Shown one piece after another: positions 30,921 through 44,976 of a DNA stretch of 64,000 bases; positions within the stretch are counted from its first letter, which is position 1, and every line of letters begins with the position of its first letter. A program made the translations under genes and the position numbers. The stretch is from Eledone cirrhosa (lineage: Eukaryota). Where the stretch lies: NCBI GenBank assembly GCA_964016885.1, contig OZ024749.1, positions 40,114,001-40,178,000 on the forward strand. Direction: 5' to 3'. A model generated the notes under the pieces. The model saw nothing but the letters and a program-made list of their open reading frames with translations. It did not search any database and had not been told where the DNA came from.

Positions 30921-30953
<33 letters not shown>

Positions 30954-31009
30954 GTCACCATCACCGTTATTATTATTATCATCATCATCATCATCATCAT
31001 CAACATCAC

Positions 31010-31044
<35 letters not shown>

Positions 31045-31051
31045 ACATCAC

Positions 31052-31091
<40 letters not shown>

Positions 31092-31148
31092 GTCGTCGTC
31101 ATCGTCACCATTATTTATTATCATCGCCATCATCATCGCCATCATCAC

Positions 31149-31189
<41 letters not shown>

Positions 31190-31231
31190 GCAGCATTATC
31201 ATCATCGTCACCATTATTTATTATCATCGCC

Positions 31232-31263
<32 letters not shown>

Positions 31264-31410
31264 CATCATTATCATCATCGTCATCGTCACCATTATTTAT
31301 TATCATCATCATCATAAATCGCCCTCATCATCGCCACCATCATCATCATCATCAGCATCATTATCATCATCATCATCATCATCATCATTATTGTTATCAT
31401 TATTATCATC
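30890..31410. repeat. (CAT)n microsatellite
   Basis: Visible. Confidence 0.95.
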
Positions 31411-31989
31411 ATATTCGGATGTGACAGCAATTTTACAGCTGAAATCACTTTTGGCGTGGGAACAAGTTGTAGAGAAAACACTGTGTTTTCGGGGATACTT
31501 TGGAGAGAGAGAGAGAGGAGGGGGTGGAGAGATGTGAGGGAGGGGAGTAAGCGGAAGGGGAGAAAGAGTATAAGAAGGAAGAGGAGAGTAGGAGTGAGAG
31601 AGAACAAATTCCTTTACAGACATTTGGAATTCTTCAGATTTCTTTGAATTTCAGATAGGATCGACATGTTTTTGGCCAGATGAGGGTGGAGAGAGGTTGT
31701 GTAATTATATAAATATGTTTGCATATATATCTTTATAATAAAACCTAAGTGTCATATGACAACCACTTTGTTTGGAAAATATATTCCTCCTTCTCTATCT
31801 CTCTCTCTCTCTGTGTATCTGTCTATCTATTTCTTTCACTAGCTCACACACACACATACACAGCGGAGGCAATATGGTCAGTGGTTATGCAAAATCTATC
31901 CATATCTACCTATCTAATATATCCATCGATCTTCGGACAATAAAAACAACATGTATTTACCTACCTATCTGTCTATCTATATATCTATA

Positions 31990-32102
31990 TTGTTGAAATT
32001 GTTTGTTTGTTTTTATATTTTTTACACGACTGTATGTAAAATCCCCGGCATGTCTTTGTATTGTCCCCTTTCTTGTTGCGCCCTTGTGGCTAATAAAGAA
32101 AT
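31990..32102 (+). mobile_element. Tx1-like LINE 3' UTR fragment in (CTAT)n
   Basis: Ends ttgtcccctttcttgttgcgcccttgtggctaataaagaaat, homologous to the end of the 25187 element. Confidence 0.6.
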
Positions 32103-32114
32103 CGATCTACATAT

Positions 32115-32580
32115 CTATATTACCAGTTAAAACGAGGCTTATTTTTATATCTGATTTGGACTTATATTACTAGTCAAGACAAGGCTTATATTACTAGTTA
32201 AGACAGGGCCTATTTTTATATCTGATTTGGACCTATATTACTAGTTAAGACAAGGCCTATATTACTAGTTAAGACAGGGCCTATTTTTATATCTGATTTG
32301 GACCTATATTACTAGTTAAGACAAGGCCTATATTACTAATTAAAACGAGGCCTATATTACTAGTTAAAACGAGGCCTATATTACTAATTAAAACGAGGCC
32401 TATTTTTATATCTGATTTGAACCTATATTACTAGTTAAGACGGAGCCTATATTACTAGTTAAGACAGGGCTTATATTACTAGTTAAGACAGGGCCTATAT
32501 TACTAGTTTAAACGAGGCCTATATTACTAGTTAAAACGAGGCCTATTTTTATATCTGATTTGAACCTATATTACTAGTTA
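32115..32580. repeat. Two-unit minisatellite (~23-bp units)
   Basis: Interspersed units cctatattactagttaagacagg and cctatttttatatctgatttgga. Confidence 0.9.
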
Positions 32581-32894
32581 ATACCTTTATTAAGGGCCTT
32601 TATTAACCTTGCTGATTATCAGTTCAACTGAGACCTACATTTTCCATCTGGTCGAAATATTTTACCCGTTTTGAACACGGGCTACCTCCTCCACCACAAC
32701 CTCCCTTACAATGTAACAATATTTACGCCCTTGCCGTAGAAAAAAAAGTTGAAAAAAGAAAATATAAATAAAAAGGAAAATATGAGACGCTGCTAAACAA
32801 CACAACTTACGTTGCCATAGATACAGCATATTTCCTTACCATGGCAACAGGAAGCACGGAGTGTTTTAAACCCTCATTTGCAAATAAATAACTG

Positions 32895-33330
32895 ACTACT
32901 ACTACTACTACTACCATTACTACTACTACTACTACTACTACCATTATTACTACTACTACTACTACCATTACTACTACTACTACTACTACTACCATTACTA
33001 CTACTACTACCATTACTACTACTACTACTACTACTACTACTACGATTACTACTACTACTACTACTACCACTACTACTACTACTACTACCATTACTACTAC
33101 TACTACTACTACTACCATTACTACTACTACTACTACTACTACCATTACTACTACTACTACTACCATTACTACTACTACCATTACTACTACTACTACTACT
33201 ACCATTACTACTACTACTACTACTACCATTACTACTACTACCATTACTACTACTACTACTACCATTACTACTACTACTACTACTACTACTACCATTACTA
33301 CTACTACTACTACTACTACTAATACCACTA
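32895..33330. repeat. (CTA)n with periodic CCATTA interruptions
   Basis: Visible. Confidence 0.95.
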
Positions 33331-33354
33331 CTGTTGCAGCTAATACTACCAATA

Positions 33355-33664
33355 ATGGTTTCTTATTTAGGCACAAGGCCAGCAATTTTGGGGAGGGGGA
33401 AGTCGATTAAATCAACCCCAGTACATTACAGGTATTTCATTTTACCGACCCCGGAAGGATGAAATGATAATTCTAATAATAATAATTGTTTCTACTTTTG
33501 GCACAAGGCCAGGAATTATCCCAGTGTATTACTGGTACTTTATTTTATCGACCCCGTAAGGATGAAAGGCAAAGTCAACCTCGGCGGGATTTGAACTCAG
33601 ACTGTAAAGGGACGTAACTATGCTAGAAAGCATGGCGTCCAACCCTCTACCGATACTGCCAATT
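33355..33664 (-). mobile_element. Two SINE copies (partial + full)
   Basis: Family sequence at about 33355-33470 and 33483-33664. Confidence 0.88.
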
Positions 33665-33735
33665 TACATAATAATAATGGTTCTTTAAGGTTCTCCATGT
33701 TTTGTTTTGTATGATTTTTCTATATTTTCCTCGTC

Positions 33736-33773
<38 letters not shown>

Positions 33774-34113
33774 TCTCTCTCTCTCTCTCTCTCTTTCCCT
33801 CTCTCTCTCTCTCTCTGTTTCTATCTATCAATCTATCTAAATAAAGAAAGATGAAAAAATAAAGAATAAATAAAGAAAGAAAGAACGAAAGAAAGATATC
33901 TATCAATCTATCTGTCGCTGTATATCTATATCTCTTCTTTTAAAAACTTGGAGAACAACAACAACAACAACAGCAACAACAACAAGGAGGGGTGGTGGTT
34001 GTGACATGCTAAAGGAGGGGGGAGGGTGTTATATCTGATACTTATTCGATGGCTCCTGTCTTCAAGTTTACTTAAGGGAACAGTTTAAGTAACTTTTTTC
34101 TAATCCAAATATT

Positions 34114-34114
<1 letters not shown>

Positions 34115-34189
<75 letters not shown>

Positions 34190-34251
34190 TATATGTATAT
34201 ATATATATATATATATATACATATATATATAATATACTATATGTATATACT

Positions 34252-34301
<50 letters not shown>

Positions 34302-34385
34302 CTTGTATATATATATGTATATATATATATATACATTATATACATACATATATATACAAACATATATACAAGTATATATATATAT

Positions 34386-34425
<40 letters not shown>

Positions 34426-34458
34426 ATATATGTATATACTTGTATATATATATATGTT

Positions 34459-34521
<63 letters not shown>

Positions 34522-34526
34522 ATATG

Positions 34527-34581
<55 letters not shown>

Positions 34582-34582
34582 G

Positions 34583-34621
<39 letters not shown>

Positions 34622-34626
34622 ATATG

Positions 34627-34681
<55 letters not shown>

Positions 34682-34682
34682 G

Positions 34683-34721
<39 letters not shown>

Positions 34722-34722
34722 G

Positions 34723-34777
<55 letters not shown>

Positions 34778-34778
34778 G

Positions 34779-34819
<41 letters not shown>

Positions 34820-34820
34820 G

Positions 34821-34871
<51 letters not shown>

Positions 34872-34872
34872 G

Positions 34873-34920
<48 letters not shown>
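34115..34920. repeat. (TA)n array with periodic GTATATGTATG interruptions
   Basis: Visible. Confidence 0.95.
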
Positions 34921-34923
<3 letters not shown>

Positions 34924-35407
34924 ACACCAATGTACTACGTCTGTTTTCTTCCTCATTCTTCCATCCACTTCTTTCTCCTGTTCCTTGTTTTCGTTTTGCA
35001 GGAAGGGGGGCGGGGGGGGGGGGTGAGAGGAACGGTAGGAGGTAGGTACAAGGGTGGAATAGTACGTTGGAGGGGGGGCGTTAGGGAGTAGGAGGAGGTT
35101 TGGTAAGAGAGAAGGTAGGAGATGGAATATGGATGATAGAATAGTGCTGGATGGAGGGCGGGGGGGGGGGGGAGGGGCAGAATATCTGAGGAACCCGGGG
35201 GGGGGGGGGATAAGGAAAGAGAGAAGCAAGGAATTAAGGGTATTACAGAGACTGTATCGTCTGGAATTCCCTGGCATTCTGGTAATTCAAGATGTAAAGG
35301 GTACAAGTGGATGCAAAAGGCATGTTGTTTCATTTCTGCTTTATACATACATACATACATACATACATACATACATGTATGCGTACGTGTGTCTATACAC
35401 ACACGTA

Positions 35408-35452
<45 letters not shown>

Positions 35453-35608
35453 ACACATATATTTACATATGGCTATGTATGTGTTATATATATATAGGGG
35501 TGCATATGTGTCTGTATGTGTGTATGTGCATGTATGTATATGTACGTGTGTATGTGTATGTGTATGTATATGTATATATATGTATATATATATGTATATA
35601 TATGTATA

Positions 35609-35649
<41 letters not shown>

Positions 35650-35759
35650 TCGTTGTCCATATTGTTTTGTTAGGAATGAAGGCGGAACTCGTCAAATTAA
35701 GCCGAAACCTTATTTTCCGCTTCCCAAACCAAACCAGCGTGAAACACTAACACGACTAT

Positions 35760-37072
35760 CACTAGAACTACCATCAGTACCACCACTACCACTACCACTA
35801 CCACTACCACTACCACCAACACTACCATCAGTACCACCACTACCACCACCACTACCACTACCACTACCATCAGTACCACCACTACCATCACCACTACCAC
35901 TACCACCAACACTACCATCAGTACCACCACTACCACCAACATTACCATCAGTACCACCACTACCATCACCACTACCACTACCACCAACACTACTATCAGT
36001 ACCACCACTACCATCACCACTACCACCAACACTACCACTACCATCAGTACCACCACTACCATCACCACTACCACTACCACCAACACTAACATCAGTAGCA
36101 CCACTACCATCACCACTACCACCAAAACTACCACTACCATCAGTACCACCACTACCATCACCACTACCACTACTACCACCACTACCATCAGCACCACCAC
36201 TACCATCACCACTACCACCAACACTACCACTACCATCAGTACCACCACTACCATCACCACTACCACTACCACCAACACTAACATCAGTAGCACCACTACC
36301 ATCACCACTACCACCAAAACTACCACTACCATCAGTACCACCACTACCATCACCACTACCACTACCACCAACACTACCATCAGCACCACCACTACCATCA
36401 GTACCACCACTACCATCACCACTACCACTACTACCACCACTACCATCAGTACCACCACTACCACCAACACTACCATCAGCACCACCACTACCATCAGTAC
36501 CACCACTACCATCACCACTACCACTACCACCAACACTACCATCAGTACCACCACTACCATCACCACTACCACCACTACTACCACCACTACCATCACTACC
36601 ATCAGTACCACCACTACCACCAACACTAACATCAGTACCACCACTAGCACCACCACTACCACTACCACCAACACTACCATCAGTACCACCACTACCATCA
36701 CCACTACCACCACTACTACCACCACTACCATCACTACCATCAGTACCACCACTACCATCACCACCACCACTACCACCACCACTACCATCACCACCACCAC
36801 TACCATCACCGCCACTACCACCACTACCACCACCATTACCACCACTACCACCACTACCACCACCATTACCCCCACTACCACCACTATTGCCATCACCACC
36901 ACCACCACCATTACCGCCACTACCACCACTATCACCACCACCAACACCACCAACACCAACACCGCCAACACCAACAACACGAACACCAACGCCTAAACCA
37001 CCTCCACCTCAATCATCCTCATCACCATCACCACCACCACCACCACCACCACCACCGCCACCACCACCACCT
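35760..37072. repeat. ACC/ACT-based compound minisatellite
   Basis: Recurring ccatcagtaccaccactaccatcaccacta units. Confidence 0.92.
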
Positions 37073-37113
37073 AATCCACCATGACGATGAATCTAGAGTG
37101 GTCTTGTGATTGG

Positions 37114-37239
<126 letters not shown>

Positions 37240-37736
37240 GTGTGTGTGTGCGTTCTAGTGTGTGAATCTGTGTGCAAGTAGTTGGGTGTATATGTTGGTG
37301 TTAGTGTATGTATAAGTGAGTATATGTATATACGTTAAGGCTTGCATGTGTATACGTGCATATGAGTTTATGTTAGTGTATGTGTATGTGTATGTGTATA
37401 TATGTTAATGTTAGTATGTATGTGTATAAGTGTACATATGCTAACGTTAATGTATATTATTAACATTAGTGTGTGTATGTGTATGTATGTGTAAGTCTAA
37501 TGGAACAGCTGTGTTGTCTCTGTGTTTATGTATGTATAATGTTGGTGTTTGTGTGTATATATATAATAAGTGCACGTTAAGCTACAAATCCATTTAAATG
37601 AAACATGTTTACGTAAGATATATATGTGTATATACATGTGTATGTGTGTATTTGTATATATAAATATATGTGTATATGTGTGTGTGAGTGTTTATTACAT
37701 AAGTGTATGAGTGGATTAATATACATATATTATATT

Positions 37737-37776
<40 letters not shown>

Positions 37777-37834
37777 TAAATATTTAGGAATGTATGTTTG
37801 TATGTATGTATATATAACGAGGGGGCAGCCATCA

Positions 37835-37867
<33 letters not shown>

Positions 37868-38059
37868 TGCCTCAACTCTAATATATACATCTCTCATATA
37901 ATTTAAGTAAATTTTCATTACATGTTTATGAATTCCTTCTGAGAGAAAAGTCTATTATATAACTGAGTATCATCATCATCATCATCATCATCGTCATCGG
38001 CATCGTCGTCATCGTCATATCCATCTTCGTCATCATCGCTTACATCGCTTACAACTTAC

Positions 38060-38285
38060 CATGTATATACACTGGTCGTAACATTGCACTATTCGCCCAT
38101 TAGTTTCAATGCTACTGACACCGCTGGGATAGAGTGATCTAATCAAAACATCGCCGAAATCTTGATGATATCCAAGTTGATAGCTGATGAAAGGTGCTCT
38201 CTGGTTCAGGTCAATTTCTACCTATTTTTTCACCTAAATCATTGAAAACTAAACATCAGGTCAATGTCCCAGCATTACGGCGAGC
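38060..38285 (-). other. Candidate exon or pseudo-exon
   Basis: Strong acceptor ttttctatttttatag and donor ATG|gtaagt; last 54 codons open (VEIDLNQRAPF...QCIYM), but the 5' part has stops in all frames. Confidence 0.3.
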
Positions 38286-38852
38286 TATAAAAATAGAAAA
38301 AAATATATATTATAAGAGCCAATAGCGTGACCCTCCTGCAGCATATTTTAGTTGTTTTACACTTATGGGTCGTCAAGTTTGAAATTTGTAGAAATTTTTA
38401 GAAAAAAAACAAATTTCTACAAATTTCATACTTGACGACCCAATAATAGAGGAGTTAAAATATACGGTGGGGTAGGAAAATCGATAATTTTTCTCGGTTG
38501 TCTCTCTTGATTATTTTTAAAAGCAGTCGTTTAGTCTATATATTGAAACCACAACCCATCCTATTAATTTAATAACGTATGAGGTTTATTGTAATGTTCT
38601 TTTTTTTGTCATGTATTATATTTTTTATATCTAAAAAAGAAATTAAATGTCGCAGGAATGTTACCACTTAAAATAAGATAGATTACCAAAATTTAATAAG
38701 CGGATGGAGGGTTGGAATAAGAGCGAGGGGATTGGGAAAACATCTGAAAAATTAATAAGCGGTGGTGGGGGTGGGGGGGTGTAATGATTATTCGAGGCCC
38801 GAGAGTAGTTGTTGCTATTGTACATTGTTAGTGATGTATATATATATATATA

Positions 38853-38974
<122 letters not shown>

Positions 38975-39023
38975 TATATATATATAATATATAAGATCAA
39001 AAGATGGTTAAAAGAGTTCCATG

Positions 39024-39094
39024 TATTTTATTATGCGCATTTCAAAAACAAATATCATCATGCAATAACATTTGCGTTTTCATCAGATAAAATA
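39024..39094 (-). ncRNA. Type I hammerhead ribozyme (family C)
   Basis: UAUUUUAU-CUGAUGA...GAAA-UGCGCA-UA-AUAAAAUA. Confidence 0.85.
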
Positions 39095-39194
39095 GGAAGA
39101 CATGATATGAAGGTTAAAAAACACTTGTGAATAGTGCAGTTTTAAATCAACTGCACTATTCACAAGTGTTTTTAACCTTCATATCATATCTTCC

Positions 39195-39265
39195 TATTTT
39201 ATCTGACGAAAACGCAAATGTTATTGCATGATGATATTTGTTTTTGAAATGTGCATAATAAAATA
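39195..39265 (+). ncRNA. Type I hammerhead ribozyme (family C)
   Basis: UAUUUUAU-CUGACGA...GAAA-UGUGCA-UA-AUAAAAUA. Confidence 0.82.
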
Positions 39266-39383
39266 CATGGAACTCTTTTAACCATCTTTTGATCTTATAT
39301 ATTATGTATACTCCTACAAACTGTAGAGTGCTTCTTATCCGATATCTGCATTGCTTTATTGTACTACAATAAAACTCACCTCC

Positions 39384-39440
<57 letters not shown>

Positions 39441-39443
<3 letters not shown>

Positions 39444-39631
39444 AACCAGTAAGACCCCGACAGCTGAGCTCAAGCCGTTTCGACGGCTAATTCTCACGCT
39501 GAATTGGCCGTCGAAACGGCTTGAGCTCAGCTGTCGGGGTCTTACTGGTTCCTATTACCCACTCTACTACCTCAAGTATTGAGTACTTTGGTGCGTTATG
39601 GTCCACCTGGCTCCTTACCACATTTCCTTCG

Positions 39632-39633
<2 letters not shown>
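39441..39633 (+). mobile_element. Family A PLE-like element
   Basis: Inverted arm + HHR 3' half + tail; (TA)n flanks. Confidence 0.85.
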
Positions 39634-39715
<82 letters not shown>

Positions 39716-40011
39716 TGTGTGTGTGTGTGGGGGGTCTGTTGAGTTACAATGCATTACAATAGGTTGTAGAACACACCACCATTACTACTTAACAACAGCA
39801 TTTCAATACTTTCTCTGTCCAGCTATCATGAGGAAAGTCTATTGAGAGAGAACCGTTCTTGTATTATTATCACAAATAATAAAGTATTTTATTTAGATAT
39901 AAACTAAAGAAATTATATAGTGGATTATTAAATATAGGAATTTCAATGATTATAAATAACAACTGAGAACCATGTACATTATTTTTTTTATTATTATTAA
40001 CTCGTTGGAGG

Positions 40012-40840
40012 CCGGTGGATTAGCAGTTTCGGTAGAGTGTCAGACACCATACTATGCAGCACAGAGTTACGGCCCTTTATGGTCTGAGTTCAAATCCCGC
40101 CGAGGTTTACTTTGCCTTTCATCCTTACGGGGTCGATAGAATAAAGTACCAGTCACGCACTGGGGTCGATTTAATCGCCTTTCTCCTGCCCCAAATTGCT
40201 GGCCTTGTGACTAATGTAGAAATCATTGGATTGGCAGTATGGGTAGAGTGTCAGACACAATACTATGCAGCACAGAGTTATGGCCCTTTATGGTCTGAGT
40301 TCAAATCCCGCCGAGGTTTACTTTGCCTTTCATCCTTACGGGGTCGATAGAATAAAGTACCAGTCACGCACTGGGGTCGATTTAATCGCCTTTCCCCTGC
40401 CCCAAATTGCTGGCCTTGTGACTAATGTAGAAATCATTGGATTGGCAGTATGGGTAGAGTGTCAGACACAATACTATGCAGCACAGAGTTACGGCCCTTT
40501 ATGGTCTGAGTTCAAATCCCGCCGAGGTTTACTTTGCCTTTCATCCTTACGGGGTCGATATAATAAAGTACCAGTCACGCACTGGGGTCGATTTAATCGC
40601 CTTTCCCCTGCCCCAAATTGCTGGCCTTGTGACTAATGTAGAAATCATTGGATTGGTAGTATGGGTAGAAGGTCGGACTCCATGCTTGCTTTGTAGCAAA
40701 GAGTTACGGCCCTTTATGGTCTGAGTTCAAATCCCGCCGAGGTTAACTTTGCCTTTCATCCCTACAGGGTCGATAAAATAGTACCAGTAATACACTGAGA
40801 TAATTGCTGGCCTTGTGCCAAAAGTAGAAACAATTATTAT
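40012..40840 (+). mobile_element. Head-to-tail SINE tetramer (211-bp period)
   Basis: Near-identical units; ORF starts 40054/40265/40476 show the period; flanked by a ~22-bp direct repeat. Confidence 0.9.
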
Positions 40841-40851
40841 TAACTCGTTAG

Positions 40852-41028
40852 AGGGTGGTGCATTGGTAGAATCGGTAGAGCGTCGAACAATGTGCATATA
40901 GTTACGTCTGTTTGTGTTGTGAGTTCAAATCCCACCGAGGCTAGCTTACAGTGTCGGTAAAATAAAGTACCAGTATCGTACTGGGGTCGATTTAATCGAA
41001 ACTCCCCTCTCCCGAAATTGTTGGCGTT
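40852..41028 (+). mobile_element. Older, diverged SINE copy
   Basis: tggtagaatcggtagagcg...gagttcaaatcccaccgagg...gtaccagt. Confidence 0.8.
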
Positions 41029-43862
41029 GTGGTTGTATTAGTGGTGGTTGTGGTAGTGATGGTTGTAGTAGTAGTGGTTGTGGTAGTGGTGGTTGTGGTA
41101 GTGGTGGCTGTGGTAGTGGTGGTTGTGGTAGTGATGGTTGTAGTAGTAGTGGTTGTGGTAGTGATGGTTGTAGTAGTGATGGTTGTAGTAGTAGTGGTTG
41201 TGGTAGTGGTGGTTGTGGTAGTGGTGGCTGTGGTAGTGGTGGTTGTGGTAGTGATGGTTGTAGTAGTAGTGGTTGTGGTAGTGGTGGTTGTGGTAGTGGT
41301 GGCTGTGGTAGTGGTGGTTGTGGTAGTGATGGTTGTAGTAGTAGTGGTTGTGGTAGTGATGGTTGTAGTAGTGATGGTTGTAGTAGTAGTGGTTGTGGTA
41401 GTGGTGGTTGTGGTAGTGGTGGCTGTGGTAGTGGTGGTTGTGGTAGTGATGGTTGTAGTAGTAGTGGTTGTGGTAGTGATGGTTGTAGTAGTGATGGTTG
41501 TAGTAGTGCTGGTTGTGGTAGTGATGGTTGTAGTAGTAGTGGTTGTGGTAGTGCTGGTTGTGGTAGTGATGGTTGTAGTAGTAGTGGTTGTGGTAGTGGT
41601 GGTTGTGGTAGTGGTGGCTGTGGTAGTGGTGGTTGTGGTAGTGATGGTTGTAGTAGTAGTGGTTGTGGTAGTGATGGTTGTAGTAGTAGTGGTTGTGGTA
41701 GTGCTGGTTGTGGTAGTGATGGTTGTAGTAGTAGTGGTTGTGGTAGTGCTGGTTGTGGTAGTGATGGTTGTAGTAGTAGTGGTTGTGGTAGTGGTGGTTG
41801 TGGTAGTGGTGGCTGTGGTAGTGGTGGTTGTGGTAGTGATGGTTGTAGTAGTAGTGGTTGTGATTGCAGTAGTGGTGGTTGTGGTAGTGGTGGTTGTGGT
41901 AGTGGTGGTTGTAGTAAAGGTGATTGTGATTGCAGTAGTGGTGGTTGTGGTAGTGGTGGTTGTGGTAGTGGTGGTTGTAGTAAAGGTGATTGTGATTGCA
42001 GTAGTGGTGGTTGTGGTAGTGGTGGTTGTGGTAGTGGTGGTTGTAGTAAAGGTGATTGTGATTGCAATAGTGGTGGTTGTGGTAGTGGTGGTTGTGGTAG
42101 TGGTGGTTGTGGTAGTGATGGTTGTAGTAAAGGTGATTGTGATTGCAGTAGTGGTGGTTGTGGTAGTGGTGGTTGTGGTAGTGGTGGTTGTAGTAAAGGT
42201 GATTGTGATTGCAATAGTGGTGGTTGTGGTAGTGGTGGTTGTGGTAGTGGTGGTTGTGGTAGTGATGGTTGTAGTAAAGGTGATTGTGATTGCAGTAGTG
42301 GTGGTTGTGGTAGTGGTGGTTGTAGTAAAGGTGATTGTGATTGCAATAGTGGTGGTTGTGGTAGTGGTGGTTGTGGTAGTGGTGGTTGTGGTAGTGATGG
42401 TTGTAGTAAAGGTGATTGTGATTGCAGTAGTGGTGGTTGTGGTAGTGGTGGTTGTAGTAAAGGTGATTGTGATTGCAATAGTGGTGGTTGTGGTAGTGGT
42501 GGTTGTGGTAGTGGTGGTTGTGGTAGTGATGGTTGTAGTAAAGGTGATTGTGATTGCAGTAGTGGTGGTTGTGGTAGTGGTGGTTGTAGTAAAGGTGATT
42601 GTGATTGCAATAGTGGTGGTTGTGGTAGTGGTGGTTGTGATAGTGGTGGTTGTGGTAGTGATAGTTGTAGTAAAGGTGATTGTGATTGCAGTAGTGGTGG
42701 TTGTGGTAGTGGTGGTTGTGGTAGTGGTGGTTGTAGTAAAGGTGATTGTGATTGCAGTAGTGGTGGTTGTGGTAGTGATGGTTGTGGTAGTGATGGTTGT
42801 AGTAAAGGTGATTGCAGTAGTGGTGGTTGTGGTAGTGGTGGTTGTGGTAGTGATGGTTGTAGTAAAGGTGGTTGTGATTGCAGTAGTGGTGGTTGTGGTA
42901 GTGGTGGTTGTGGTAGTGGTGGTTGTAGTAAAGGTGATTGTGATTGCAGTAGTGGTGGTTGTGGTAGTGGTGGTTGTGGTAGTGATGGTTGTAGTAAAGG
43001 TGATTGCAGTAGTGGTGGTTGAGGTAGTGGTGGTTGAGGTAGTGCTGGTTGTTGTAGTGATGGTTGAGGTAGTGGTGGTTGTGGCAGTGGTGGTTGAGGT
43101 AGTGGTGGTTGTGGCAGTGGTGGCTGTGGTAGTGGTGGTTGTGGTAGTGATGGTTAAGGTAGTGGTGGTTGTGGCAGTGGTGGTTGAGGTAGTGCTGGTT
43201 GTTGTAGTGATGGTTGAGGTAGTGGTGGTTGTGGCAGTGGTGGTTGAGGTAGTGGTGGTTGTGGCAGTGGTGGCTGTGGTAGTGGTGGTTGTGGCAGTGG
43301 TGGTTGAGGTAGTGGTGGTTGTGGCAGTGGTGGCTGTGGTAGTGGTGGTTGTGGCAGTGGTGGTTGTAGTTGCAGTAGTGGTGGTTGCCGTAGTGGTGAT
43401 TGTGGTAGTGGTGGTTGTAGTTGCAGTAGTGGTGATTGCAGTAGTGGTGATTGTGGTAGTGGTGGTTGTGGTAGTGGTGATTGTAGTAGTGGTGGCTGCA
43501 GTAGTGATGATTGTAGTAGCGGTGATTGCAGTAGTGGTGGTTGTGGTAGTGGTGATTGTAGTAGTGGTGGCTGCAGTAGTGATGATTGTAGTAGCGGTGA
43601 TTGCAGTAGTGGTGGTTGTGGTAGTGGTGATTGTAGTAGTGGTGGCTGCAGTAGTGATGATTGTAGTAGCGGTGATTGCAGTAGTGGTGGTTGTAGTAGG
43701 GGTGATTGTAGTAGTGGTGGCTGCAGTAGTGATGATTGTAGTAGCGGTGATTGCAGTAGTGGTGGTTGTAGTAGGGGTGATTGTAGTAGTGGTGGCTGTA
43801 GTAGTGATGATTGTAGTAGCGGTGATTGCAGTAGTGGTGGTTGTAGTAGGGGTGATTGCAGT
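41029..43862. repeat. 2.8-kb GT-rich minisatellite (15-bp core) with higher-order, position-dependent variants
   Basis: gtggttgtggtagtg core; variant blocks such as gtaaaggtgattgtgattgca. Confidence 0.95.
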
Positions 43863-43927
43863 AGATGTCTGGCTTCTCAGACTTTGAAATATATATTTAT
43901 ATCAATTCTTTATATACATTTTCTCTT

Positions 43928-44009
<82 letters not shown>

Positions 44010-44281
44010 TATTGTTGTTGTTATTGTTGTTGTTGTTGTAGTTATTGTTACTGTTGTACGTGTTGCAGCTCTTATTGTTACTGCTGTTGTTGTAGTTGTA
44101 GTTGTTGTTACTGGTGGTGGTGATGTTGGTGGTGGTGGTGGTGGTGGTGGTGGTGGTGGTGGTGGTGATGTTGGTGGTGGTGGTGGTGGTGGTGGTGGTG
44201 ATGTTGTTGTTGCAGTTGTTTTTGTTGTTGTTGGTGGTGGTGGTGGTGGTGGTGGTGGTAATGGTGTTGTTGTAGTTGTTT

Positions 44282-44313
<32 letters not shown>

Positions 44314-44404
44314 GGTGGTGGTGGTAATGGTGTTGTTGTAGTTGTTTTTGTTGTTGTTGTTGGTGGTGGTGGTGGTGGTGGTGATGTTGTTGTTGTAGTT
44401 GTTT

Positions 44405-44436
<32 letters not shown>

Positions 44437-44464
44437 GGTGGTAATGGTGTTGTTGTAGTTGTTT

Positions 44465-44496
<32 letters not shown>

Positions 44497-44749
44497 GGTG
44501 GTGGTGGTAATGGTGTTGTTGTAGTTGTATTTGTTGTTGTTGTTGGTGGTGGTGGTGGTGGTGGTGGTGGTGGTGGTGGTGGTGGTGGTGGTGGTAATGG
44601 TGTTGTTGTAGTTGTTTTTGTTGTTGTTGTTGGTGGTGGTGGTGGTGGTGGTGGTGGTGGTGGTGGTGGTGGTGGTGGTAATGGTGTTGTTGTAGTTGTT
44701 TTTGTTGTTGGTGGTGGTGGTGGTGGTGGTGATGTTGTTGTAGTTGTAT

Positions 44750-44781
<32 letters not shown>

Positions 44782-44944
44782 GGTGGTGGTAATGGTGTTG
44801 TTGTAGTTGTATTTGTTGTTGTTGTTGGTGGTGGTGGTGGTGGTGGTGGTGGTGGTGGTGGTGGTGGTGGTGGTAATGGTGTTGTTGTAGTTGTTTTTGT
44901 TGTTGGTGGTGGTGGTGGTGGTGGTGATGTTGTTGTAGTTGTAT

Positions 44945-44976
<32 letters not shown>

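Larger units (their letters stand above)
38990..39388 (+). mobile_element. Family C PLE-like element: ~150-bp inverted arm + forward copy + tail
   Basis: Both arms contain a full HHR; (TA)n flanks. Confidence 0.88.

Noticed and set aside
32115-32580. CRISPR-like array
   Set aside because: No unique spacers, eukaryotic context and no cas genes; it is a two-unit minisatellite.
35516-37084. 522-aa Pro-rich extensin-like ORF
   Set aside because: Starts in (TA/TG)n and consists of ACC/ACT repeats.
38240-38285. Selenoprotein read-through of in-frame TGA
   Set aside because: The frame ends at TAG soon after and no SECIS evidence was seen.
41029-43887. 952-aa Val-rich ORF and the opposite-strand Pro/Gln-rich ORF
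   Set aside because: Translation of a triplet-phased minisatellite; no non-repetitive coding sequence.
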